Source: Octopus sinensis (Eukaryota). From it: DNA of 64,000 nt. Positions 38,721 through 49,856 of this stretch are shown in pieces. The stretch is taken from assembly GCF_006345805.1 (NCBI RefSeq), contig NC_042999.1, positions 137,454,001-137,518,000 of the forward strand, given 5' to 3'. A program made the position numbers and the translations under genes. Position 1 is the stretch's first letter. Each line of letters opens with the position of its first letter. A model generated the notes under the pieces. That model ran no database searches. It saw only the letters and a list, made by a program, of their open reading frames with translations, and was not told where the DNA came from.

Positions 38721-39663
38721 GGGTCACTCTACGATCCATGGTTAGCACACCAGGCCGTCCTACGAGCCATGAACTCACTTCATTTGTCGGGTGTTCACAG
38801 TCACAGCATATCTCAGGGGTCTCGATCTTCGTCATTTCCTCTGTGAGGCCCTACGTGCCACCGACATGGGTATCACATATATGTTGTGATATGTTTCATC
38901 TAACCCCATCTTCCCCTGTATATGAAAGCATATAAGTGCAAAAGTGAAGAGTACTCAAAACCAATAATAGAGTAAAATACAAGGTTCTGTGGTTTCAAAT
39001 AAGTTCAATTCGCAACTTATTGGTCAATCCGTATGCTTTTTGTTTGTATTGACTGTAAAGGACAGTTGTTTAGTCTCGCGTCAACCTGATTGAGCAAATC
39101 TGAATGACCAACGACATTCTATCTATTACTATTCACCTTATTATTCAGCAAGCCTGTACAATACATTTATCTAGTATGTCTATCATTATTTAAGACAGTA
39201 GTATGAATTAAGAGAGATTCGCCTGCATATTTCTCACAGATCAAATGACCACGTAGTGACTTATTGTTCAACCCTGCGCCAACTCTAATCGAGCTGACTT
39301 AGTATCAAAAGCGTTCTAGCCAAGACCATTCAGTTTTGTTTTGTTTTTTCAGATATATCTGCGCTCTAACGCATCTAGTAGGACTAATATATTTGAATGT
39401 ATCTTTCCTTCTTTAAGATGATATGGTGCGATCTGAAGATTTTGGCGTTATTTCTTGCTGGTAGAATAGTCAAGTAGTAGCTTCGTAGTGTTTGTGGTTT
39501 TAAAAACATGTATGGCTCTTATATATTTCACACATATACAGAGAGTGTGTGATGAAGAAAAGAAGAAAAAGGTCAGATTTATTACTTAATTGATAACAAC
39601 TGATATTTCACAATCAAAAAGACGTACGCTTTGACGGTTCAGCTTGATTTCAGATTTTAGTAT

Positions 39664-40372
39664 AAGATACACTTTTGGACTAAGTCTTCAATATATAAGA
39701 TTTGAAGAACTGGAATACGGAATGAGCGTCCGTCTTTCAAAAACGAATAATCTTTAACCATTGTATAATTCCATTCACATCTACGATGTATTATAAGAAT
39801 ATAAATCAACCCAGCATTTGACTGCTACTTAATTTCATCGACCTCAGAAGAATGAAAGGTAAAATGACTTTGGCCGGATTTGAACTCAGAACAAGAAGAG
39901 CAAACGGCTCTATCAATTCACCATCTAAGTTAATGCCTCTCATTAGTGGTGGTTCTATGAAGATTGAAAAGGGACAAACTAACATGTTTAATATAATTAA
40001 GATGATTTTAAAAACTTCTTTAAAATTTGTCCACATTATAAAAAAAGAATTATATGGATATAAATTGTTTTATTTTGTCACTGATAAAGAGTTGAGGGAG
40101 TGGGGTTTCATTAATGAAGTGGGGTCTGGTACTTATTAGTTTTAAAACGGCTGATTTGGGGGTGATCACCTAGAGAGACGGATGGGACGAGATGTATGAA
40201 GTTTGGAGTTTAAATAAACGTGCAAATTGATCTTCAAAGCACAGAGAAGGTTAAAGGAAAGAAGATACACTTTTGGACAGAAATAAACTAAGTCTTCAAT
40301 ACATAAGATCTGAAGAACTGGAATACGGAATGAGCGTCCGTCTTTCAAAAACGAATAATCTTTAACCATTGT
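39664..40372 (+). repeat. Pair of ~100-bp direct repeats (39664-39764, 40262-40372) flanking ~500 bp
   Basis: aagatacacttttggac...gaataatctttaaccattgt twice; one 10-bp indel and two substitutions. Confidence 0.9.
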
Positions 40373-40480
40373 TTACCACAGACACTTAACTGCGAAAAAT
40401 TCGCAAACAGAACTGCAGGAAAAGTCAAGTTTTCATGCAAATCATTTTTGTCCATTCTACATAACCTTTCTCCCTCTCTT

Positions 40481-40517
<37 letters not shown>

Positions 40518-41384
40518 ATATCATAAATTTTGAGTTTCTCCAATACTCCTTCTTTCTCAAAGCAAACTACCCTGTCGAACCAGAATTAAACTGCAAAAGT
40601 AATCAGCACATCATATATTGTACCACACCCCCTTTATCGAAATTGCGCAACCCGTCAATCTGCAATGGTAAACAAGTTTTTTCTTTCTTGCCTCTTTTGT
40701 CCCTCACCTCACTCCTCATTAAACAATTTCAAGCTAAACTGAGAGTAAATCACCAGGCGCTCCTCCCCGACCCCATCACGCACAAGCTCTATTGCTCCCA
40801 AATTATCGTCAGTCCATTCAATATTAAACACTATTCAGAAAGAAAATTAGATTTTCTCTTTTTCTCTCTCAAAATAATCTGACCTAGGACTGAACTCTAG
40901 GAGCATAAACCCCGATTCCATCAATCTACCTACACCTATAAATAATATCTGTCTACTTTTCACTTTTAACTTTCACTGTAAGCAAGGCAGCCTGTCCACT
41001 CAAATTTACAAGATAATTTGTTAGAACAAAATAGTACAGTGAAAACTAAAATACACTGAGTACATATAAATAAAATAAATAAATAAAGGGAAGGCTAGCA
41101 TTTTTTCTATTATTCTGGCGCCGTTGCACAACTTGAAAATCTTAAACGAAGCATGTGAACTAAAAACAATTCAGTACATACAGTATGTTTATATGTTTAA
41201 AACATATAGTCATGCTGTGGAAAAAAAATCGGGGAATATACCCCCATGTGGACGAAAACCAACTTTGATGTTTACTATTTAAAACATGCAATGATAAAAC
41301 TATAAGAGACTTGGAATTTCAGTCTATTTTGACATAAATGTATTATAATTATTATTGTTGTTGTTGTTATTATTATCCTTTCTA

Positions 41385-41730
41385 CTAAAGGCACAAAGCC
41401 TGAAAATATTGAAGGAAGGGAGGGCAAGTCGATTGCATCGGACCCCATCCCCAATACTCAACTGGTACTTATCGACTTTGGAAGAAGGAAAAGCGAAGTC
41501 AATCTCGGCGGAATTTGAATGCAGAATATCATGTTTCGGAAGAAATGCCGCTAAGCATTTTATTCGATGTACAATAATCCTTTCTATTATAGGCACAAGG
41601 TCCAAAAGTTTGGGGAAAGAGAGCTTAGTCGGTTACATCGACCCCGAAACGATGAAAGGCGTAGTCAACCTCAGCAAAATTTGAACTCAGAACGTAATGT
41701 GTCGGAAGAAATGGCACGAAGCATTTTTGT
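41385..41730 (-). mobile_element. Two adjacent tRNA-derived SINE copies
   Basis: Two atcctttctact..aggcacaagg tails followed by SINE bodies. Confidence 0.8.
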
Positions 41731-42969
41731 CTGATGTAGCTTATACATCCAGTACTCGGGTGCACTGCAACTAAATGAAAATTTAAAATATTTACTTTCT
41801 CAGTAAATTTCAGTTGTATTGGAAACAGACGTGAAAGGGAAATTAAAAATCTACGTAAATACACATCTGCGTGTGCTTGTATTTAAATATGTATAAATGT
41901 AAACATGTATTTCTATAGTATATTTGTAAACAAATATGCATTATTACTTATATTTTTAGATCTCTCCTGCATATAGATAGATTTATGCACATATACACAC
42001 ACGCTCACTCAATGCCTATAAACTGAAATCACTTTTGGACGGATTCATTTTTAGATGAAGGTTGTAATAATTGGTTGATAACACACACGAAGCCGAAGAT
42101 TTCAAAGCCAGAGCGTGTTTGAAACCCACAAATTTCGATAACACTGTTTGCTAACATTAACGCGATAAGCGTCTACTACTCTCTCTCTCTCTCAGGGGGA
42201 TACATACATACACACCTATATTTTTAGCATTCAAAAAAAGTCAGATTTAATACTAGTCCATTTTCTTTCATTCATTTTGCTGTTTGATATTGATAATAAA
42301 ATTTTAAATACAATATAAGTTTAAAACTGCAATTGAAGTAGAAAAATCAAAATCCCGTTTTTAATAATGAAAAGAAAAAAAATTAATGCAACTGGATTTC
42401 AGTTAACTTTTCTGATATCCTTAAATACTTGATTAATTTAAATATTTTTATGTGAGTATGGGTAGGTTTATCATACGTCATGGTTTGAGAGTCCCAGGTA
42501 AGTTCCAGTCTGTTCCGATGTCTCGTCCGGTTAGCAAATTTGCTCCGTTTAATAGTGAAATCTAACGCTACGTTTTGGTTAAACACGAAACACCTGAATT
42601 CTCAGAAGGTAAAACTAAAATTGTTGAAATCGGCAAGAAGTCCTAATCCTAGTGTGCACAGGTCAGACATAAATTAACGAAAATACTCGTTATTGCTCAG
42701 TTTAAGCATGGGACCGCATGCCTTTACCAGAGGCATAACGCGTGTGATGTACCAACGTTGTAATACTACCCTCGTAAGTATTGTAGTTTAAAGGAAAACG
42801 TCTTCTATAGCGTTGGGCCAACCAAAGCCTAGTAAGTCGATTTGATGAGAAGTCCGTTGTGTGTATGAGAGAGAGAGAAAAGGTTGAGTTCTATTTCATC
42901 TTTTACTTTGGGAGGTTCCAATGGTCGATTTCTAATAAAGATTCTTCATATTACATTGGTAGTTTATGA

Positions 42970-43270
42970 AAATGTTACAAGCATAAGGTGTGTAATGAAC
43001 ATTTATAGAATACGTATCCTATAGAAACTCAACAAAGATGGAGAAGAGAACGTGTTCAAAGTTTTAAAAAGATTTAATCCATGCATACGATCGTTTCGAA
43101 CGGTAATATTAACATGTAAATAACATGGTAAAAAATTAGAAATCAATTTAATTATAACTGATGGATTAAATTTTTTTTAAACTTTTAGCACCTTCTCTTC
43201 ATCTTTGTTGAGTTTCTATGGGATACGTGTTCTATAAATGCCTCTAACACACTTTATGCTTGTAACATTT
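42970..43270. repeat. Fold-back palindrome (~112-bp arms, ~78-bp spacer) with half a hammerhead at the arm boundary
   Basis: aatgttacaagcata... mirrored by ...tatgcttgtaacatt; minus strand GAAAC-GATC-GTA at 43086-43097. Confidence 0.85.
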
Positions 43271-43969
43271 ATATATGTGTGTGTGTGTGTGTCGCCATAG
43301 CTTGACAACTGGTGTTGGTTTGTTTACCTCCACGTAATTTAGCGGTTCTGCATAGAGACCAACAGAATAAATCCCAGGCTTTAAAAAAAATGAGATCTGG
43401 GGGTCGATTACTTTAACTAAAACCCTTTAAGGCGATATACTAACCCTCTAGCTTTTTGAAGTTCAGAATCTAATTATAGGAGAGAGAAAAATTACACACT
43501 GCACATACGGATAATTAGATGATAAAAGTTCTTCATTGTACCTATGATACCAATAATTTCAAGCTTCGTTCCGGTTTGAGGAATGGCTTGCGAGAGGTAC
43601 GCAGAATGTGTGGACTGCACAGAGTGGCTGGCCACTGTATTCACGTTTTAAATGTTATTTTGGTTTGTGTTTAAGAAGTTTGGATAAGGAGTTCGCTTCA
43701 AAACTATGTGATTTGGAATTGAATTCTACAGCGCAGTACATTGGGCAAATGTTTCTCTTCTTTCATAGCTCCAATGTGATCAAATCCTTGCGAGAGAAAT
43801 TTGGCAAACAGATTCATTTTTGTGGGGAGAGAGGTTTACAGTCTTAATCAGTTGCCCGATTTAACAGCAAATAAAAATCATGGCCGTAAACTCGAATCAG
43901 TATAATACACAATACAAATTGAAACTAGTATTTAAAAATTCCGTGTTTGATATGGTATCAAACTTTCCT

Positions 43970-45020
43970 ATAATCCTTTCTACTATAGGCACAAGGATTG
44001 AAATTTGGGGGAGAGAGGTTAGACGATTACATTGACTCCAGTGTTCAACTGGTACTTATTTTATCGACCCCGAAAGGATGAAAAGCAAAGTCGATCTCGG
44101 TGGAATTTGAACTCAGAACGTAAAGACGGACGAAATGCCGCAAAGCATTTTGCCCGTCGTGCTAACGATTCTGCCAGTTCGCCGCCTTAAACTTTCCAAT
44201 AATAATCCCTTCTACTTTCGGCACAAGGCCTGAAATTCAGATGAGAGGTGAAAATCGATTACACTGACCCAGTACCTGAAAGGGTGGATGAATGAATGAA
44301 TGATCCTTTCTACTATAGGCACAAGACCTGAAATTTTGGAAGAGGGGGATAGTCGATTACATCGACCTCAGAACCCAGCTGGTACTTATTTTATCGACTC
44401 CGAAAGGATGAAAGGCAATGTCGACCTCAGCGGAATTTGAACTCAGTATTTTGCCAGCTCGCCAATAATAATAATATTAATCCTTTCTACGATAGGCACA
44501 AGGCTTGAGGAGGGAAATCGATAACATCGACACCGGTATTTGACTAGTACTTATTTTATCGACATAGAAAGGATGAAAGATCAAATCGACTCAGAACGTG
44601 CTAACAATTCTGCCTTCTCGCCACCTTAATAATAATTCTTGCTAGTTTTGGTGCAAGGTCATTAATTTTAGGGAAGAGGGTTAAGTCGGTTACATCAACG
44701 CCAGTACTCAACTAGGACTTATTTTATCGACCAAAAAAAAAAATGAAAAGCAAAGTCGAACTCGACGGAATTTTAAGTCAGAAAGTAAAGAGATGGAAGA
44801 AATGTTGGTAAAATTTTCGTGTAACGCCCGCACGATTTTCACTAAGAAAAAAAAGAAAACTCGGATTTTTTGTGCGGAATCAAGTACCCTAACCTCGTAA
44901 TATGCTGCAAATCCCTTTTTTTTTTCTTAGTGAAAATCGTGCGGGTGTTACACGAAAATTTTACCGAAATGTTGCCAAACATTTTGTCTGAATCGCTAAC
45001 GATTCTACTAGCTCGCCGCC
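43970..45020 (-). mobile_element. Head-to-tail array of five tRNA-derived SINE copies
   Basis: Units begin near 43970, 44198, 44303, 44465 and 44628, mostly separated by (AAT)n or similar short tails. Confidence 0.85.
44807..44965. mobile_element. 159-bp MITE, 47-bp TIRs, perfect 8-bp TSD GAAATGTT (Merlin-like)
   Basis: GGTAAAATTTTCGTGTAAC...GTTACACGAAAATTTTACC with one mismatch; GAAATGTT at 44799-44806 and 44966-44973. Confidence 0.9.
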
Positions 45021-45639
45021 TTTCCACGTTATCCAACATATATGTTTAATAATTATGTGACGTATAAAATATCTAATTATACAAAATATTTAAGGATAGT
45101 AATGTTTGTTCTAATATAGGAATGACTTCAACAACCGTCCGCGAAAGATAGCAAGATTTGGTGGGGTTTCTTTTTTTTTTTTTCTCTTCGGAATCGTAAA
45201 TTTCCAACGTTTAAAATATATAATTCACGGAGAAAATTTTTCGTGGGAAATAAAAAATCAAAATGAAAAGCTTTACAACCAGTTGCGTACTCTGAAGTAG
45301 AAAAAAAAAAAAAAAAAAGAATTCAAACTTAGAGGGGAAAAAAATTCCAGAACCGTAATCTCCAATCCGAAGAAATGTTTGAAAAATATACAAATAAATA
45401 AAGTTTTTAAAACTAAGTAACCAGGAGTGCTTATTCCGAAACTTTGCCGTTTATACTTTCACAATTTGAGTCTACGGCCGTAACGTAAACGGGTCGCTTT
45501 TAACACTATCACCTGAAGCTGGGAACTTTTAACAGAATCCCTGTCGACGCTGAAAGCATTCTAGCCAAGTCCCATGTCTGAAAATAGCTTCCCACCACCA
45601 GCTTTGGAGGTTCCTTCTCCTCTCAATAAATCATTTAAA

Positions 45640-45703
45640 AAATAAATATATAAAATGTAAGCCAATGAAAAAACGTCTTCCTCATATTCCGCCCCCGCCC
45701 ACC
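45640..45703. promoter_or_regulatory. TATA-like, CCAAT and GC-box cluster
   Basis: TATATAAAA near 45648, AGCCAATGA 45660-45668, CCGCCCCCGCCCACC 45689-45703 in unique CpG-rich DNA. Confidence 0.3.
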
Positions 45704-46019
45704 ATCTCAAAATGAAAAGGAAATATTGGATTATGTGATCTCTGATACCTGTCTGGGGATAAAAAAAAAAAAAGAATAGTCACCGCTGAATATGTTTCAT
45801 CGTATCATACGATAAATCGATAACTGTTAACAAGGTGAAGAAACAACGCGGTTTCAATCTCCGGTTAGACTTTTCACCTCGCTGATTTAATATCACATCT
45901 CTTTAATGATACCATATCATTACAATCATCAATCAATTAGATACTTGAGTCGATATAATCGACAGTTACCTTCTACTAAACTTGTGAAATTGTTAGAAAC
46001 TATGTTAGAAATTGAATTG

Positions 46020-46210
46020 TTAACGCGTCAAACTTGCTTGTGCTATTTGATCCGCCTCAGAGTTTTGAGTTCAAATTCCTTAGAGATCAATTTTGCTTTT
46101 CATTCTCGGGGTTGATAAAATAAAGTACCACTCAAGTACTAGGGTTGATATAATCAAAAACTCCTCTCGCCCCAGTAAAATTTAGGCCTTGTGCCTACGT
46201 TAGAAATAAT
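46020..46210 (+). mobile_element. tRNA-derived SINE fragment
   Basis: gagttcaaattcc...ggggttgataaaataaagtacc...ggccttgtgcctacgttagaaataattattatt. Confidence 0.75.
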
Positions 46211-49200
46211 TATTATTTTCCGCGAGAAAACTTTAACACAGGTCCAGAGAAAGTTGGATTTATTAACTTTTGAGAGTTCACCTTACCGTTGGATAGAAAA
46301 ATACCTTATATATTTCTGTAAAAATTGTTTACAAGTGTCTAGCTTCTGGCTAACCATAAACATAGTAGCAGCAGATAGGTCCATAAAAAAAATTTGAAAA
46401 CAAAAGTACAGTTAAAAAAATTACGGCAATTAAACAAGCAGACGATTACACTTCAAAAGTACTAAAAAAAGTGATAATTCCACAAATAGATATATTTGCA
46501 ACACAGACTTTAGAACTTTAACGCACACAACTGGGGGTCAGCTATATTTTCAATAACAATGGCAGTATATCTTTTGCTTTTCATTCATTCTTTTGTTTTA
46601 TGTCCCCACTTGCTTTACCTGTACATGTACTGTCCTCTCTATATTGCGCCCTCAGTAGATAATAAAGAAATGAGTATATCTTTTGCTGGCGTTGCGACCC
46701 AAACGGTTGACATAGATCAACTACAGCAAAAGAATTCTGGCAGGGGTTATGTCACAAAAAAAAACAGTACCTCATAGTCAGGGGAATTCATGGAGGAAAA
46801 GATAAGAGAAAATACACATTTCTATTTCTCGAAAAGTAGACATGCCTTTGAACATTTTGTCGATATTTGGAACGATGTGTCCCATAGACCGGAACAGGGT
46901 GTATGGAAGTATTGTCTGATTTATAAAGCAAGCTGAGAACTCAGTAAGAAAACAAGCAGAGCTGGTGCGCTACACACCTCACCAACCTGGTGTTGCAATA
47001 TATGAAAAAACGAAACGTTCTCATTGACAGAAACCGACTGAGGACGACATAGGAAATCGAAATGCAAGACGCAAGAGGAAAAACCTATTGCCTCCTTCCT
47101 AGGTTAATAGGAAATTCATGGTTCTTCGAATCGCCAACGATGAAACAGATGGAGATGCTGAACAAATCGAAGGAAGAAGAGAACAAAATGTTGACTGTGA
47201 AGCAACGGGCTCCTATCCATGAGGAGAAACTGAATGACAGACTGTTGGTGAAACTGACACCAACGGTCCAAAAACACACGAGGATGCAGGAGAATTCTTG
47301 TTTAATCGGAATTCCAAAGACATTCAGGAGATGCCTTCAGAAATCCTACTTGGCCTTGTACCAATTTTTAAGGCCAGATATCTTTAAACAAACGCCTGAC
47401 ATGCGAGAAGAAACAAATCACCTTAAATCATACCCTATCGTCCAAAAATAATTGTGCAAAAAAACAAAAAGAACAAGCAGTAAGAACATTAACTAATATA
47501 GTCTTCCAAATGCAAAAGGTTGAATTTTCCATGGCTGAAATGTAAATGATCATAGGTCTGCTCAGCCAAGGCTGATCTGGAACTAAACCATTATTATCAT
47601 CAGCACTGATGTGCCGTCAAAGACTTAGAAGACTTAATGAAATTAATAACACTTCTGACAAAAAACGTCCATTAGTGCCGCAGTCCCTACAACTTCTTTA
47701 TGAAGAAGATAGCTTCAAACGAATGAAATCGAATGAAAGGTTTTGCGATCGAAAAATATCAGTCATCTCCCACTAAATAATTGAAATTCATCAATCCACT
47801 GAATTATCTATTCAGAGCCTGAAAGTTGTTGTTAAAACCTACAAAAAGACACATAATCAAAGACATTCCACTGTAACCATTTCGTCCTTTTAGGAGTATT
47901 TAGCACGACAGTATCTTCTTGCATTCAAGACAGTCGAGAGTGATGAGGAAGATATGACAGTTATTTCTAGCAGATTGAGGGACTACGCAGAATCTCCTTG
48001 GTGGATTATGTGGTCACTTGAGGCAGTAGAAACAGCAGCTAAATCTTCCTATTAGACGCAACGTGCTTAAAAGAAAAGGCAGGGCGGCTGTGGCTGGAAC
48101 ACCTTTGATCATAAGCTCCATCAGATCAGGATAAACCCAGGGTTAACAAGCAACACATAGCTCTTATCCTCTTAATGTTTTCGTTTTTATACTCATATTA
48201 ATAGCATGGGATTGGTTAGTGGCATGTGTCAGCTCCGGGATACTGTGATTCATACTAAATCATGACGACTTGTAGTAGTTGTTGTTGAATAGTTGATATG
48301 TAGCCTCTAGTTCAACGAAGATATGATGGAACGGCTCAGAAGCCGTTTGAACAGAACAGAACAGTATTCAATAGCTATCAAATACTTGATTCCGTTTCAG
48401 GTTGCAGGGCGGCTGAATAGCTAAGTTCGCTCGGCAACCACGAGGTCCCGGGTTCAATTCCATTGTGTGGTATCTCTGGCAAATGTCACGGGTGGACTCA
48501 TACCAACTAAAGCGCCACGCTATGAGACTGAACTTGGAACCAGAAGGTTGTCAAACTTCTCAACTATACAGCCACAACAGCCCCTAACCAAAAGTACACA
48601 AACATACATTTACATCCTTATACATATATACACACACATATGAAATAATGAGATTTGACATATGCGTGCGCGCGCACACATACACACACATGTATAAAAT
48701 ATATATATATATATGAAAAATGTCAAAACTGGTTACTTGAAAAAACTATCTCAAGTGGATGAAGGAGAATATTAATAAAAAGTAAAAGATTGATACAAAA
48801 GGGAAAGCGATGAGACGGCGAGGAATGGTTAGGGTTGGGAGGATAACTGTATTAGCAAAACTTCTGGGGTTCTTTAAATATTAGACATTGCGCGACTTTC
48901 TCAGAAAAGAGCAAGAGAACCGACAGCGATGAAGCGTTGGGGGTGGGTTAAGCGTTAGAAGAGAGAAGTTTTTGGTCATAATTGAAGCGAAGTAAAGCGA
49001 CAGAGCATGACAGAGTTCTTTCATGGAACAAAGTATCGTAAGATGATATCGGTAGTCATTCAAAATGGCCCTCCGTGTTATAATGATCCCAGCACGAAGT
49101 TGATCGGAGCATAGTGTGTGTGCTGGGTTAAATAAATAAATGCGAAAGAAGAGAACATCGGAGGGGAAGGGGAAAGAAAAGCAGCAAGAGTTTGTGACAG

Positions 49201-49239
49201 TCTTTTGATGCGTTAGTATGTAATCTGTAAGGCATATAA

Positions 49240-49363
49240 TCAGTGTGTGTATGTATATATGTTTACACACACACACATATATATATATACACACAAACAA
49301 AAACATGTACATGCATAGACACATATACATAGACATACACATATATTACACACGCATACATAC

Positions 49364-49411
<48 letters not shown>

Positions 49412-49707
49412 GCATACATACACGTGTATATATATACACACACAAACACGCATACATACACGCGTATATATATACACACACAAACACGCATACATACACG
49501 TGTATATATATACACACACAAACACGCATACATACACGTGTATATATATATACACACACAAACACGCATACATACACGTGTATATATATATACACACACA
49601 AACACGCATACATACACGTGTATATATATATATACACAAACACGCATACATACACGTGTGTATATATATACATACACGTGTGTATATATATACATACATA
49701 CACACGC

Positions 49708-49750
<43 letters not shown>

Positions 49751-49856
49751 CACACGCATATATATATATACATACACACGCATATATATATATATACATA
49801 CACACGCATATATATATATATATACATACACACGCATATATATATATATATATATC
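49240..49856. repeat. Compound minisatellite: ~38-bp unit x6-7, then ~24-26-bp unit x4
   Basis: tatatatatacacacacaaacacgcatacatacacgtg repeated over ~49385-49680; (ta)n-catacacacgca over ~49720-49855. Confidence 0.92.

Noticed and set aside
42495-42503. Perfect plus-strand donor CAG|GTAAGT
   Set aside because: About one such 9-mer is expected by chance on both strands of this window; no exon evidence
48420-48590. tRNA-like sequence (also at other SINE heads)
   Set aside because: No complete cloverleaf; continues into a SINE body, so not a tRNA gene
49385-49680. Regularly repeated ~38-bp units as a possible CRISPR array
   Set aside because: Units are directly tandem with no unique spacers, no cas genes, eukaryotic context
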